DNA of 64,000 bases from Acidimicrobiia bacterium (GCA_022822905.1 JAJDYE010000008.1:32846-96845), one strand, 5' to 3'; positions 1-10,625 are shown, counted from the stretch's first letter. A program made the numbers and translations. Notes: a model not told the origin generated them from the letters alone.

Positions 1-422
1 GTTTCCGGGTGCTACGGGTAATCGAGATTTTGGGCATCGTGCGGCGGGAGCTGGTGGTGCAACTCCATCCTCGGGCGGTGGTGCCGGTTAGGGTGTCGGG
101 AGCGGTGGCTTCGGAGGCTTCGCTCACCCGAGTCCATAACTTCCAGATTCTGTGGGTGCTGGCCGCCGCCTCGGGGGTGTTCGGCATCGCCTTGCTGGGG
201 GGAGACATGCCGACCGCAGTGTCGGGGTCGATCTCCGCGCTGGCTACCGCCGGACCTGGCTTGGGCGATCTCTCGGGTTTTGCCGATGCCACGGTGCTGG
301 CTGCCCCGGCTCGAGGGGTGTTGATTGCCCTGATGTTCCTGGGCCGGCTGTCGATCTACCCGGTGGTGGTGGTGATCGGCTGGGGTATAGGCGAGATCCA
401 GCGGATGCGGCTGAGACGATGA
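1..422 (+). CDS. trkH: TrkH/KtrB-family K+ transporter, C-terminal fragment (gene starts upstream of window)
   Basis: The C-terminal sequence ISALATAGPGLGDLSG...ARGVLIALMFLGRLSIYPVVVV parallels the C-terminus of the next gene (ISALSNMGPALGDAG...ARAVLMSMMLIGRLEFF). Stop TGA at 420-422. Confidence 0.7.
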   Translation, partial: FRVLRVIEILGIVRRELVVQLHPRAVVPVRVSGAVASEASLTRVHNFQILWVLAAASGVFGIALLGGDMPTAVSGSISALATAGPGLGDLSGFADATVLAAPARGVLIALMFLGRLSIYPVVVVIGWGIGEIQRMRLRR

Positions 423-478
423 GGCTGAGACGATGAGGCTGGGGCGATGAGGCTGGAGACATGAGGCTGGGGCCATGA
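405..478. repeat. 14-bp tandem repeat, 5 units (atg[ac]ggctgNNNcN), spanning the trkH1 stop and the trkH2 start
   Basis: Units start at 405, 419, 433, 447 and 461. Each contains ATG, GAGG (unit 0 has GCGG) and, with the next unit, a TGA. Read directly from the sequence. Confidence 0.95.
419..478 (+). other. Chain of four 5-codon mini-ORFs (MRLRR, MRLGR, MRLET, MRLGP), each overlapping the next by ATGA
   Basis: ATG at 419, 433, 447 and 461; TGA at 434-436, 448-450, 462-464 and 476-478. The first ATG overlaps the trkH1 stop (420-422). The last TGA overlaps the trkH2 ATG (475-477). Confidence 0.6.
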
Positions 479-2055
479 CCGCGGTATTGACGGCTGCCCG
501 TCGGGGGAGGGCCGCGGTGAAATGGGCTGTGTCCCAGCTTCTGGTAGACCGACCCTGGAATGTGACCAGCAGAGTGGGGTTCGTGGTCGGGCTGGGGCTC
601 CTGTTCATGGTGCCGGGGATGCTGTTGGCCACCCTGGTGGAGTGGGGGTCGTCGGTATCGGACGATGAGATTGCCCTGGGAATGGGAGCGCTGGTCACGC
701 TTGTTGGAGGGGGGCTGTTGGTGACCTTCACTCGGCTCGACGAGGACATGCCCCCGGCCTCGGTCTTCGCGGCGGTGGCATGGACGTGGATCGGCTTGTC
801 GCTATTCGCCGCGCTGCCGCTGTGGTTTTCCGGCGAGCTGGGGAGCTTCGACACTGCCCTGTTCGAGGCGGTGTCGGGCGTTACCGCCACCGGCTCCACC
901 GTGCTCAGCCCCATAGAGGGGACGGGCCGAGGCGTGCTCATGTGGCGCCAGATCATGCAGTGGTACGGCGGCATGGGCATGGTGGTGCTGGCGGTGACCA
1001 TTCTGCCGTTCCTGGGGGTCGGAGGGCTGAGCCTCATCACTGCGGAGGCTCCCGGTCCCACGTCCGACCGGCTGGCGCCTCGGGTGAGTTCCACTGCCCG
1101 GAGGTTGTGGGCACTCTACGGTGGCATCACCCTCGCGATAGCGGCCGCCCTGATGATCGCCGGATTGAGCCTCTACGACGCAGTGGTCCATGCCTTCACC
1201 AGCGCAGGCACCGGGGGCTTCTCGCCTTACGACGACTCCATCGGCCACTTCGACAGCATCGCGGTGGAAGCGGTGATGATTGTTGGGATGCTGGTGGGAG
1301 GGGTGAGCTTCACCCTTCACTGGCGGGCGGTGTCGGGCAACCCGGGGGTTTACGGAAGGTCTTCTGAGTTTCGCACCTATCTCCTTGTGATATTCGCGGT
1401 CGCGTTGTTCGCGTCCCTGCTGAACTGGCTGAACGACTTGTCTGATCTGGCCAACAGTCTCCGCAACGGGATCTTCGGCGCGGTGACCCTGGGCACCAGC
1501 GGCGGTTTCGGCAACGCCTCCAGTGCCAATCCGGGCGGCGATTTCGCGGCATGGACGCCGGGGGCACAGGCATTGCTGCTGCCCCTCATGGTGATGGGGG
1601 GCATGACCGGGAGCACCGCCGGGGGGTTGAAAGTGTTGCGGGCCCAAGTGATGGCGAAATACATGCGGGTCGGGCTGCTGCGAGTGAAGCATCCCAGGGT
1701 GGTGGCACGGGTGAAGCTCGGCCAAATGGTGGTGTCGGAGCCGATACTCCAGCGGGTGGCGGGGCTGGTGGCCCTCTACGCGTTGTCAGCGCTTGTGGCA
1801 ACTTTGGTGCTGGCCGCATTGGGCCAAGACCTGATCACTTCCTCGTCTGCGGCCATAAGCGCGTTGAGCAATATGGGACCCGCTCTGGGCGACGCCGGGC
1901 CCACCTCCAACTACTTGGTGTTCTCCCGTCCGGCCCGGGCGGTGCTGATGTCGATGATGCTCATCGGCCGCCTGGAGTTCTTCGCCATCTTCTTGGTGGT
2001 GGTGTCGGCCTACGAGCGGACCCGTCGGCTGACCCGAGTCAACCTGCGACGTTGA
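475..2055 (+). CDS. trkH: TrkH-family potassium uptake protein
   Basis: 526-aa polytopic membrane protein with repeated pore-loop-like motifs (TATGSTV, SAGTGGFSP, GGMTGSTAGGLKV), typical of TrkH/KtrB. Confidence 0.85.
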   Translation: MTAVLTAARRGRAAVKWAVSQLLVDRPWNVTSRVGFVVGLGLLFMVPGMLLATLVEWGSSVSDDEIALGMGALVTLVGGGLLVTFTRLDEDMPPASVFAAVAWTWIGLSLFAALPLWFSGELGSFDTALFEAVSGVTATGSTVLSPIEGTGRGVLMWRQIMQWYGGMGMVVLAVTILPFLGVGGLSLITAEAPGPTSDRLAPRVSSTARRLWALYGGITLAIAAALMIAGLSLYDAVVHAFTSAGTGGFSPYDDSIGHFDSIAVEAVMIVGMLVGGVSFTLHWRAVSGNPGVYGRSSEFRTYLLVIFAVALFASLLNWLNDLSDLANSLRNGIFGAVTLGTSGGFGNASSANPGGDFAAWTPGAQALLLPLMVMGGMTGSTAGGLKVLRAQVMAKYMRVGLLRVKHPRVVARVKLGQMVVSEPILQRVAGLVALYALSALVATLVLAALGQDLITSSSAAISALSNMGPALGDAGPTSNYLVFSRPARAVLMSMMLIGRLEFFAIFLVVVSAYERTRRLTRVNLRR

Positions 2056-3301
2056 GAAATGCGCTGAGGGCCAGCGCGAAGTCCACGGGATCCTGGGCAC
2101 CGCACATTTCCCTGGCCGAGTGCATCGAAAGCTGGGCGACGCCGACATCGATGGTGGTCACCCCGGTAGTAGAGGCCGCGAACGGCCCGATCGTGCTACC
2201 GCAGGGCATGTCGCCGCGGTGGACGTAGAGTTGGTGGCCCACTCCGGCCTTCTCGCACGCCTCGGCGAATGCGGCCTCGCCCACCGCGTCGGTGGCGTAG
2301 CGCTGGTTGGCGTTGCGCTTTATCACCGGTCCATCGCCCATGGCTATGTGATGATCGGGCTCATGGCGCTCGGGATAGTTGGGATGGGTGGCGTGGGCCC
2401 CATCAGCCGACGCACACAGCGACTGGGCCAGGGCGGGATGCAGCGCGCCGCGGCTGCCGACAATTCGCTCCAGCACGGTGGGCAGCAGGGTGGACGCGGC
2501 CCCCTGTGCTGAGGCGCTGCCGACCTCTTCGTGGTCGAAAAGGCACAGCACTGCGCTGGGAGGCGAGTCGGCTAGAGCGTCGATCAGGGCCTGGAGACCG
2601 GCCCAGCACGACACCTGGTTGTCGATGCGAGGGGCATAGATGAACTCGCCGCCGATGCCGCCGATCACCGATGGAGTGAGGTCGTGGAGCATCGCATCCC
2701 AGGCCAGCACCTCGTCGGCATCGACACCGGCCGCCTCGGCCGCCGCCAAGGCGAATTCGCCGGGGGTGCGCAGCCCCAGCCCCCATACAGGGACGATGTG
2801 GGTCTGGGGGTTGAGCAGCAGCCCCTTTTGGTTGACCTCCCGGTCGAGGTGGATGGCGAGCTGGGGCACTCGGAGCACCGGCCGATCGATACAGAACAGC
2901 CGTGTGCCCGTTGGAGTGGCTACTCGACCGGCCACCCCAAGATCGCGATCCAGCCAGCTGTTGAGCAACGCGCCCCCGTACACTTCCACGCCGAGTTGCC
3001 GATAACCGGCCTGACCGGTGTCGGGCTGGGCAGTTATGCGCAAGTTTGGGCTGTCGGTGTGGGCGCCGATGATTCGAAAGCCTGCATCGCTGGTCTGGTG
3101 CCGCCACGCCACCAGGCTGCCGCCTCGGCGCACGTAGCGGCTGCCGACGGCGTCGGGCCATTCGTCGGCTTCGTCCATTTCGGTGAACCCTGAAGCCCTC
3201 AGGACATCGGCCGCTCGATCGACCACGTGAAAAGGCGTCGGACAGGCGTCGATGAAGTGAAGCAAGCCGTCAATGCCGCGGATTTCGTTCACTCCAGCCA
3301 C
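2039..3301 (-). CDS. M18-family aminopeptidase (aspartyl aminopeptidase-like)
   Basis: LLHFIDACPTPFHVV, GAHTDSPNLR, FDHEEVGS and SMHS motifs. The start is placed at an in-frame GTG (3301 or 3292) after GGAG; the ORF-track ATG at 3448 gives an unlikely N-terminal extension. Confidence 0.85.
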   Translation of the reverse strand: MAGVNEIRGIDGLLHFIDACPTPFHVVDRAADVLRASGFTEMDEADEWPDAVGSRYVRRGGSLVAWRHQTSDAGFRIIGAHTDSPNLRITAQPDTGQAGYRQLGVEVYGGALLNSWLDRDLGVAGRVATPTGTRLFCIDRPVLRVPQLAIHLDREVNQKGLLLNPQTHIVPVWGLGLRTPGEFALAAAEAAGVDADEVLAWDAMLHDLTPSVIGGIGGEFIYAPRIDNQVSCWAGLQALIDALADSPPSAVLCLFDHEEVGSASAQGAASTLLPTVLERIVGSRGALHPALAQSLCASADGAHATHPNYPERHEPDHHIAMGDGPVIKRNANQRYATDAVGEAAFAEACEKAGVGHQLYVHRGDMPCGSTIGPFAASTTGVTTIDVGVAQLSMHSAREMCGAQDPVDFALALSAFLNVAG

Positions 3302-3467
3302 TCCAGCCTCATCATTAACAGGCGATTCCACCCTGTAATCATGCCTCTTGGGAGTCTCCCGAGCAGAACAGACTTGGTAGGGGACTGGGTTGCGGCGGTA
3401 AAATTGAAGCCCTGCCGCTGGCCAATGTCGTCTCGGCGCGCACCGCAAACACGCTGGAAAGGACGCA

Positions 3468-6400
3468 ATGAGGAACTGGCCGCAGCCTCCCGGTCTGCCA
3501 CACCCCCAGGGGCTTTACAACCCCCGAAACGAGCACGACGGCTGCGGGGTGGGCTTTCTGGTGGACCTTAAGGGTCGGCCGCGGCATGAGATTGTGTCTG
3601 TGGGCTACGGGGCTCTGTGCAACCTCCAGCATCGGGGGGCGCTGGGCGCGGAAGTGAACACCGGCGACGGCGCGGGATTGCTGATCCAGGTGCCCGACGA
3701 CTTCTACCGCCAGGTGTGCGACTTCGATCTGCCGCCGGCGGGACACTACGCCACCGGCATCGGCTTCCTCCCCGACACCCCCGAGGCCGCGGCCCATGCC
3801 CGGGAGGCCATGGACGCCATCGCTGCCGACGAGGGGCTGACTCCCCTGGGATGGCGGGAGGTGCCCACCTGTCCCGACGAGCTGGGGGCGCAGGCGCTGG
3901 CCACCATGCCCTCGTTCTGGCAGCCGTTCTACTCCGGCGACGGGCTCGATGCCGATGCACTCTTGCGGCGGGCCTACGTCGTGCGCACCCGCATTCGCAA
4001 CGAGGTTGCCTATGAGACCGATGACCAGGCCGATACTGGGGCACTGGGGTCGAAAACCCGCAAACTGACATATGGCTACTTTGCCAGTCTCTCCAACCGG
4101 ACCATCGTCTACAAGGGCATGCTCACCACCCCTCAGCTCGGAGAGTTCTACTCCGATCTGAGCGACACCCGGGTGACCAGTGCCCTGGCCATGATCCATT
4201 CCCGGTTCTCCACCAACACTTTCCCGTCCTGGCCGCTGGCCCACCCCTACCGCTTCATCTCCCACAACGGCGAGATCAACACCGTGCAGGGCAACCGCAA
4301 CTGGATGCGGACCCGTGAGGCGCTGTTGAGCTCGCCCCACCTCCCTGGCGACTTGGAGCGGCTGTTCCCGGTGTGCGCCGAGGGGGTGAGCGACACCGCC
4401 AGCTTCGACCAGGTACTGGAGCTGCTGTACATGGGCGGCTACTCGCTGCCCCAGGCGGTGCTCATGATGATCCCCGAGCCGTGGGAGAACCACGAGTCGA
4501 TGGCGCCAGAGCTGCGGGCCTTCTACCGCTACTACGCCTCGCTGATGGAGCCGTGGGACGGTCCCGCCGACATAGTGTTCAGCGATGGCACGCTGATCGG
4601 CGCGGTGCTCGACCGCAACGGCCTGCGCCCTTCCCGTTACTGGGTGACCGACGACGACCTGGTGATCATGGCGTCGGAAGTCGGGGTGATGGCCGTGGAC
4701 CCGGCGGCCATCGTGGAAAAGGGCCGCTTGCAGCCCGGCCGCATGTTCTTGATCGACACCTCTGAGGGCCGCATCGTGCGGGACACCGAGATCAAAGAGC
4801 GGTTGGCCTCGGCCCACCCCTATGGGCAGTGGCTGGCCGACAACCAAGTGGATCTCGACGATCTGGTCAACCGCCCGCTGCCCGAGCCGGACGACACCCC
4901 GCTGGTGGTTCGCCAACAGATGTTCGGCTACACCCATGAAGAGCTCAAGATCCTGCTGGCCCCCATGGCCCGCGACGGCAAAGAGGCGCTGGGGTCGATG
5001 GGCACTGATACCCCGGTGGCTGTTCTCTCCAACCGGTCCCGTTTGCTGTACGACTACTTCCAGCAGTTGTTCGCCCAGGTGACCAACCCACCGCTGGACG
5101 CCATCCGGGAGGAGATCATCACCGCCACCTGTGGATGGCTCGGCCCCGAGGGGAACCTGCTCGATCCCCGGCCCGAATCATGCCGCCAGATCTTCACCCC
5201 CCACCCGGTGATCACCGACCAGCAGTTGGCCAACCTGGTGGAGGTGGACGGGCCCGGAGGCCACAGCCACTGGTCCACTGAGGTCGTTCCCTGCCTGTAC
5301 GCGGTGGACGACGGAGGGCCGGGACTGCGGATCGCTATCCAGCGCATCCGGGAACAGGTGAGCCGAGCCATCGAAGCGGGCAAGAACATCATCGTGCTGT
5401 CCGACAGGGGGGCCGGTCTCGATTCGGCCCCGATCCCCTCATTGCTGGCCACCGCGGCGGTACACCACCACCTCATTCGGGAGAAGACCCGGACCCGGGT
5501 GGGCCTGGTGGTGGAAACCGGCGACGCCCGCGAGGTACACCACATCTGCCTGCTGCTGGCGTACGGGGCTACCGCGGTCAACCCCTATCTGGCATTCGAG
5601 ACGATCGACCAGATGATCGACGAGGGTCTGTGCGGCTTCTTGCCTGACGACGACAAGGCGCTGGCCCATCGCAACTACATCAAGGCTTGCGACAAGGGTG
5701 TGCTGAAGGTTATGTCCAAGATGGGCATCTCCACGGTGAAGTCGTATGTGGGGGCTCAGATCTTCGAGGCCATCGGCCTGGGGCACCCCATCATTCAGGA
5801 GTGCTTCACCGGCACGGTCAGCCGCTTGGGCGGCATCGGCTTCCCCCAGCTTGCCGAGGAGGTGCGGCTTCGCCACCGCATCGCCTACCCGGAGAACCCC
5901 GATGAGCGGGCCCACCGCACCCTGGAAGGGGGAGGGGAGTACCAGTGGCGCCGGGAGGGCGAGTACCACCTGTTCAACCCCGAGACGGTGTTCAAGCTTC
6001 AGCACGCCACCCGAGAAGGCCGCTACGACATCTTCAAGCAGTACACCGAGAATGTAGACACCCAGTCGGAGCGCCTGGCCACCCTGCGGGGGCTGTTCCG
6101 ATTCCGAACCGGGCGGCGAGAGCCGATTCCCATCGAGGAAGTGGAACCAGTCTCCAGCATCGTCACCCGGTTCTCCACCGGGGCCATGTCATACGGATCG
6201 ATCTCAGCCGAGGCCCACGAGACCCTGGCCATCGCCATGAACCGCATCGGCGGCAAGTCGAACACCGGCGAGGGAGGCGAAGACCCCGCCCGCTATGTGC
6301 CTGACCCCAATGGCGATCTGCGCCGCTCAGCCATCAAGCAGGCCGCGTCGGGGCGGTTCGGGGTGACCAGCGAATACCTGGTGAACAGCGACGACATCCA

Positions 6401-8087
6401 GATCAAGATGGCTCAGGGGGCCAAGCCGGGCGAGGGCGGCCAGCTTCCGGGCCACAAGGTGTGGCCTTGGATCGCCGAGGTCCGCTACTCCACCCCCGGC
6501 GTGGGGTTGATCTCGCCGCCCCCGCATCACGACATCTATTCGATCGAGGATCTGGCCCAACTCATCCACGACCTGAAGAACGCCAACCCAGAAGCCCGCA
6601 TCCACGTCAAGCTGGTGTCGGAACTGGGAGTGGGCACGGTGGCCGCGGGGGTGTCCAAAGCCCATGCCGATGTGGTGCTGATCTCGGGTCACGACGGGGG
6701 CACCGGAGCCTCGCCGTTGACTTCCATCAAGCACGCTGGCACCCCGTGGGAGCTGGGGCTGGCGGAGACCCAGCAGACGTTGTTGCTGAACCGGTTGCGG
6801 GACCGGATCGTGGTGCAGACCGATGGCCAGCTCAAGACCGGCCGGGATGTGATGATCGCGGCGTTGCTGGGGGCTGAGGAGTTCGGGTTCGCCACCGCGC
6901 CCTTGGTGGTTGCGGGGTGTGTGATGATGCGGGTCTGCCATCTGGACACCTGTCCGGTGGGGGTGGCCACCCAGGATCCGGAGCTGCGCAAGAAGTTCAC
7001 CGGCCAGCCCGAGTTCGTCATCAACTTCATGGAGTACATCGCCGAGGAGGTGCGCGAGCTGTTGGCCACGCTCGGCTTCCGCTCGCTGGCGGAGGCTATC
7101 GGGCGGGTGGAGTGCTTGGACGTGAGCGACGCGGTGGACCACTGGAAAGCCTCGGGACTCGACCTGTCGCCCATCCTGTATGCCCCTGACATCGATCCTG
7201 AGGCCGACCGGCACTGCACGCAGCCCCAGGACCACGGCCTCGATCGCGCCCTCGACCAGCAGCTCATCTTGATGGCCGAGTCCGCTTTGGAAGACGGCCT
7301 CGCGGTGGAGATTGACCTCCCTATCGGCAATGTGAACCGAACAGTGGGCACCATGCTCGGCCATCAGGTGACGTCAAAATGGGGGGCCGATGGCCTGCCC
7401 GACGACACCATCCGCATCAACTTCTCCGGGTCGGCCGGCAACAGCTTTGGAGCCTTTCTGCCCCGGGGCATCACCATGAAGCTGACTGGCGATGCCAACG
7501 ACTACGTGGGCAAGGGCCTGTCAGGCGGGCGTATCATCGTGACCACCTATCCGCAGGCTCGGTTCGTTGCCGAGGAGAACGTGATTGCGGGCAACGTGAT
7601 CGGCTACGGCGCCACCAGCGGCGAGCTCTTCCTGCGAGGGCTGGTGGGGGAGCGGTTCTGCGTCCGCAACTCCGGTGCCGTCGCGGTGGTGGAGGGTGTG
7701 GGCGACCACGGCTGTGAGTACATGACCGGCGGCCGGGCCGTGGTACTCGGTCCTACGGGAAGGAACTTCGGTGCCGGGATGTCGGGCGGGATCGCCTATG
7801 TACACGACCCCGATGGGGTGTTTCCCGCCAAGGTAAACCCGGAGATGGTGGACTTGGAGGCGCCTGACGACGGTGACCGGGAGTGGCTGCGGGACCGCAT
7901 CAGCCAGCACATGGTGAACACGGACTCGGCCGTGGCCGAGCGGATATTGGCCAACTGGGCCACCGAGGCTGACCGCTTCGTGAAGGTGATGCCGAAGGAT
8001 TACAAGCGGGTGCTCGCCGCGCTGGCCGAGGCCGAACGGACCGGCACCGACGCCGAAGCAGCCATCATGGCGGCCGCCCATGGGTGA
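3468..8087 (+). CDS. gltB: Glutamate synthase large subunit
   Basis: 1539 aa. N-terminal amidotransferase Cys after a propeptide (EHDGCGVGF), FMN/Fe-S central domain and C-terminal GXGXG domain. Confidence 0.97.
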   Translation: MRNWPQPPGLPHPQGLYNPRNEHDGCGVGFLVDLKGRPRHEIVSVGYGALCNLQHRGALGAEVNTGDGAGLLIQVPDDFYRQVCDFDLPPAGHYATGIGFLPDTPEAAAHAREAMDAIAADEGLTPLGWREVPTCPDELGAQALATMPSFWQPFYSGDGLDADALLRRAYVVRTRIRNEVAYETDDQADTGALGSKTRKLTYGYFASLSNRTIVYKGMLTTPQLGEFYSDLSDTRVTSALAMIHSRFSTNTFPSWPLAHPYRFISHNGEINTVQGNRNWMRTREALLSSPHLPGDLERLFPVCAEGVSDTASFDQVLELLYMGGYSLPQAVLMMIPEPWENHESMAPELRAFYRYYASLMEPWDGPADIVFSDGTLIGAVLDRNGLRPSRYWVTDDDLVIMASEVGVMAVDPAAIVEKGRLQPGRMFLIDTSEGRIVRDTEIKERLASAHPYGQWLADNQVDLDDLVNRPLPEPDDTPLVVRQQMFGYTHEELKILLAPMARDGKEALGSMGTDTPVAVLSNRSRLLYDYFQQLFAQVTNPPLDAIREEIITATCGWLGPEGNLLDPRPESCRQIFTPHPVITDQQLANLVEVDGPGGHSHWSTEVVPCLYAVDDGGPGLRIAIQRIREQVSRAIEAGKNIIVLSDRGAGLDSAPIPSLLATAAVHHHLIREKTRTRVGLVVETGDAREVHHICLLLAYGATAVNPYLAFETIDQMIDEGLCGFLPDDDKALAHRNYIKACDKGVLKVMSKMGISTVKSYVGAQIFEAIGLGHPIIQECFTGTVSRLGGIGFPQLAEEVRLRHRIAYPENPDERAHRTLEGGGEYQWRREGEYHLFNPETVFKLQHATREGRYDIFKQYTENVDTQSERLATLRGLFRFRTGRREPIPIEEVEPVSSIVTRFSTGAMSYGSISAEAHETLAIAMNRIGGKSNTGEGGEDPARYVPDPNGDLRRSAIKQAASGRFGVTSEYLVNSDDIQIKMAQGAKPGEGGQLPGHKVWPWIAEVRYSTPGVGLISPPPHHDIYSIEDLAQLIHDLKNANPEARIHVKLVSELGVGTVAAGVSKAHADVVLISGHDGGTGASPLTSIKHAGTPWELGLAETQQTLLLNRLRDRIVVQTDGQLKTGRDVMIAALLGAEEFGFATAPLVVAGCVMMRVCHLDTCPVGVATQDPELRKKFTGQPEFVINFMEYIAEEVRELLATLGFRSLAEAIGRVECLDVSDAVDHWKASGLDLSPILYAPDIDPEADRHCTQPQDHGLDRALDQQLILMAESALEDGLAVEIDLPIGNVNRTVGTMLGHQVTSKWGADGLPDDTIRINFSGSAGNSFGAFLPRGITMKLTGDANDYVGKGLSGGRIIVTTYPQARFVAEENVIAGNVIGYGATSGELFLRGLVGERFCVRNSGAVAVVEGVGDHGCEYMTGGRAVVLGPTGRNFGAGMSGGIAYVHDPDGVFPAKVNPEMVDLEAPDDGDREWLRDRISQHMVNTDSAVAERILANWATEADRFVKVMPKDYKRVLAALAEAERTGTDAEAAIMAAAHG

Positions 8088-9540
8088 TATTCGGGGGTTC
8101 ATCAAGCACGGCCGGGAGCTGCCCGTCCGCCGCGCGGTGCCGGTGCGCATCAAAGACTGGAACGAGGTCTACCGGGACTTCGATGCCGAGTCGGTGCGCA
8201 CTCAGGCCTCGCGCTGCATGGACTGCGGCATTCCGTTCTGCAACAACGGCTGTCCTTTGGGCAATCTGATCCCCGACTGGAACGACCTCGTCTATAGGGA
8301 CCACTGGCGGGAGGCAATCGAACGGCTTCACGCCACCAATAATTTCCCCGAGTTCACCGGGCGGCTCTGCCCGGCGCCCTGCGAAGCCGCCTGCGTGCTG
8401 GGGATCAACGAAGACCCGGTGACGATCAAGCAGGTCGAGGTGGAGATCGTGGACCGAGCTTGGGAGGAGGGGTGGATCACCCCGGTGGTGTGCGACGACC
8501 GCACCGGTCGCTCAGTCGCGGTGGTGGGGTCGGGGCCGGCAGGGTTGGCCGCGGCCCAGCAGCTCACCCGGGCGGGCCATGATGTGGTGGTGTTCGAGCG
8601 GGCCGACCGCATCGGCGGGCTGTTGCGCTACGGCATCCCGGAATTCAAGATGGAGAAGCGCCATCTCGACCTCCGGCTGGCCCAGATGGAGACCGAGGGA
8701 ACAGTCTTCAAGACAGAGGTGAACGTAGGAGTAGACATCAGCGCGGCCGAGCTGACTGAGCAGTACGACGCGGTGGTACTGGCCGGCGGGGCGACCCAGT
8801 GGCGCGATTTGCCCATTCCAGGTCGGGAACTCGAGGGCATCTATCAGGCCATGGAGTACCTGCCCCCGGCCAACCGGGTGCAGGAGGGTGATCTGGAAGA
8901 GCACCCGTTCTCGGCGGAGGGCAAGCACGTGATCATCATCGGTGGGGGTGACACTGGTGCCGACTGCTTGGGCACCGCCCACCGCCACGGGGCAGCCTCT
9001 ATCCACCAGTTCGAGATCTTGCCCCGCCCGCCCGACGAGCGGGATGACTCCACCCCGTGGCCCACCTGGCCGCTCATGTACCGGTCGTCTTCGGCCCATG
9101 AAGAGGGCGGCACCCAGATCTACGCCATCAACACCGTGGAGTTCACCGGATCGGGCGGCAGGGTGGAGGCGTTGCGCACGGTGGATGTGGAGCAGTCGTT
9201 TGAGGGCGGGCGGATGAGCTTCAATCCCATCAAGGGCACCGAGCGGGCGTTTCGGGCCGATCTGGTGCTATTGGCCCTCGGTTTCGTCGGCCCCGAGATC
9301 GGCGGTCTGCTTGACGACCTAGGGGTGGGGCTCACCGACCGGGGCAATGTGGCCCGCGACGACAACTGGATGAGCACCGTTCCCGGCGTGTTCGTGGCCG
9401 GCGATATCGGCCGGGGCCAGAGCCTCATAGTGTGGGCTATCGCCGAAGGCCGGGCCGCCGCCGCTGCCGTCGACGAGTACCTCACCGGCGACACTCTGCT
9501 GCCCACTCCTCTGGTTCCAACCGCCCAACAGCTCCGCTAG
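8080..9540 (+). CDS. gltD: Glutamate synthase small subunit (NADPH)
   Basis: 486 aa. Cys clusters [12 protein letters not shown] and CPAPCEAAC, dinucleotide fold [14 protein letters not shown]. Overlaps the gltB end by 8 nt. Confidence 0.95.
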   Translation: MGDIRGFIKHGRELPVRRAVPVRIKDWNEVYRDFDAESVRTQASRCMDCGIPFCNNGCPLGNLIPDWNDLVYRDHWREAIERLHATNNFPEFTGRLCPAPCEAACVLGINEDPVTIKQVEVEIVDRAWEEGWITPVVCDDRTGRSVAVVGSGPAGLAAAQQLTRAGHDVVVFERADRIGGLLRYGIPEFKMEKRHLDLRLAQMETEGTVFKTEVNVGVDISAAELTEQYDAVVLAGGATQWRDLPIPGRELEGIYQAMEYLPPANRVQEGDLEEHPFSAEGKHVIIIGGGDTGADCLGTAHRHGAASIHQFEILPRPPDERDDSTPWPTWPLMYRSSSAHEEGGTQIYAINTVEFTGSGGRVEALRTVDVEQSFEGGRMSFNPIKGTERAFRADLVLLALGFVGPEIGGLLDDLGVGLTDRGNVARDDNWMSTVPGVFVAGDIGRGQSLIVWAIAEGRAAAAAVDEYLTGDTLLPTPLVPTAQQLR

Positions 9541-9548
9541 CCCCTCCT

Positions 9549-10241
9549 CTAGAAGGGGCGGGCGTCGAGGAAGTCGAGGGCGGTGTCGATGAAGTCGAAT
9601 GATTTGGGGGTGGCGAAATGATCGACGCCCCTAAGGACGACGAGGCGGGCGTCGGGCAGGGCTTCCACCAACTGGTCAGCGGGGTAGGCGAAGTCCTTAT
9701 CGCCCACCACCACGAGGGTGGGCACCGCGACATGGGCGAGGCAATCGGTGTCGAAGGCGGTGCGGCTGGCCAACAGGGCGGCGAGTGCCTCCCGGTCGGC
9801 TTCGGGATCATCGGCCAGGGTGGAGAAGTGGAGTGCTTCGGGGTTCTGGGGGTCGGGCTCACCGGTGACGGCGTGAAGGATCATGCGGCTGTGGTCCTCA
9901 TCCCGTTCGAATAGGTTCTTGCCCACCCCGGATACAACCAGCTTGTGGAATCGCTCCGGGGTCTTTGAGGCGATGGACAACAGGGTGTAGGCCCCCAACG
10001 AAAACCCGATGGCGTCGATGGGCTCGTTGGGGAAGTGGTCGATCACATGCTCTTCGAAATTGGCATAACCCTCGGGATGGTGGGGTTTGGGAGCGGTGCC
10101 GTGGCCCATCAGGTCGACACCGATTGCTTCCCGACCGGCATCGGCCAAGAGGTCGAGCCAGGCGTTGTCTCCCCAAGTCCTTCTGGCCGAACCGGCCAGT
10201 CCGTGCAGTAATGCGACTGCGGGTCCGCTCACCTCGCTCAC
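9549..10241 (-). CDS. Alpha/beta-fold hydrolase
   Basis: 230 aa with HG oxyanion motif (LLHGLAGS) and nucleophile elbow GFSLG. GTG start. Confidence 0.75.
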   Translation of the reverse strand: MSEVSGPAVALLHGLAGSARRTWGDNAWLDLLADAGREAIGVDLMGHGTAPKPHHPEGYANFEEHVIDHFPNEPIDAIGFSLGAYTLLSIASKTPERFHKLVVSGVGKNLFERDEDHSRMILHAVTGEPDPQNPEALHFSTLADDPEADREALAALLASRTAFDTDCLAHVAVPTLVVVGDKDFAYPADQLVEALPDARLVVLRGVDHFATPKSFDFIDTALDFLDARPF

Positions 10242-10276
10242 ACTAGTGACGGCTGAAGAGCAACTTGCGAAGCGCC

Positions 10277-10307
10277 AGAGAAAAGAAGGAGGCCCCGAGT
10301 AGCCTCC
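10277..10307 (-). terminator. Intrinsic terminator candidate ending the ncRNA candidate
   Basis: The minus strand reads GGAGGC-tactcggg-GCCTCC followed by TTCTTTTCT. Confidence 0.5.
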
Positions 10308-10553
10308 CGGTCGAAACCGGTCGACTTCTCGGGGCCGTCCCGTGCGGTCCTGGAGCCTCAGCGGGCTTGCGCCCCCCGGTTCCCCGGTACCTACCCCCCA
10401 GACCCTCGCGGCGCCTGGCCGCCTTCCCGGTCTTCGGCTTTCGGTGGTGCCACCGACTTCCTCGGCCCGTTCCAGTAACCCTGCGGACTCTTGTGAACCT
10501 TCGCCCTTTCGGGCGCTTGCTCTCTCGAGTCACCCCGCTTGTCTCTGGTAGGT
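10280..10553 (-). ncRNA. Unassigned structured RNA candidate (about 270 nt), either stand-alone or the 5' leader of the hydrolase gene
   Basis: No credible ORF. G-rich with many local hairpins (GCGCCCgaaaGGGCG, GTCGAccggttTCGAC, CCCCGAG...CTCGGGG). Bracketed by a promoter-like element and a terminator on the same strand. Confidence 0.4.
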
Positions 10554-10559
10554 GGGCAT

Positions 10560-10587
10560 ACCATAGCGCGGAAAATACCCAGGTCAA
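10560..10587 (-). promoter_or_regulatory. Sigma70/SigA-like promoter candidate
   Basis: The minus strand reads TTGACC-16 nt-TATGGT (-35 at 10582-10587, -10 at 10560-10565). Confidence 0.45.
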
Positions 10588-10590
10588 GCG

Positions 10591-10625
10591 GAAAAACGAA
10601 ATCCACAGGGTTTTCCACTGCTGTG
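10591..10625 (-). terminator. Weak intrinsic terminator candidate after the GDPD gene
   Basis: Minus strand CACAG..GGaaaaCC..CTGTG hairpin followed by GATTTCGTTTTTCC. Confidence 0.3.

Noticed and set aside
405-478. Whether the tandem repeats at 405-478, 28460-28493 and 47693-47772 could be a CRISPR array or a mobile-element end.
   Set aside because: The units abut directly or are only two copies. There are no unique spacers of CRISPR size, no cas genes, no terminal inverted repeats and no transposase.
3052-3073. TGTCGGTG-N8-GATGAT, resembling the PafBC-dependent RecA-NDp promoter motif (TGTCGGTG-N8-TAnnnT).
   Set aside because: The -10 part does not fit TAnnnT. The site lies inside the M18 peptidase gene on the opposite strand, about 400 nt from the next plus-strand start. 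Probably chance.
3339-4937. Very long antisense or alternative-frame ORFs (for example 3339-4937 minus, 6327-7364 minus, 12744-13751 minus, 38779-40152 minus, 48214-49596 minus, 62563-63687 plus).
   Set aside because: They lie fully inside strongly supported genes (gltB, pyk, dop, tatC and others). Their products are Arg/Gly/Pro/His-rich low-complexity sequence, typical of stop-codon-poor off-frames in high-GC DNA.
10280-10553. Possible identity of the intergenic RNA as RNase P RNA, tmRNA, SRP RNA, or a T-box, cobalamin, M-box, ykkC or glycine riboswitch.
   Set aside because: Only fragmentary resemblances were found: GAGGAAGUCGG versus the universal GAGGAAAGUCC, GGUGGCACCAC versus the T-box, GGGAAGGC, and GAGGCUCC. 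Universally conserved elements are missing, including ACAGAAnCCGGCUUA, the tRNA-like CCACCA end and the GGAA/AGCA SRP loops. The spacing is also wrong. The RNA is left unassigned.
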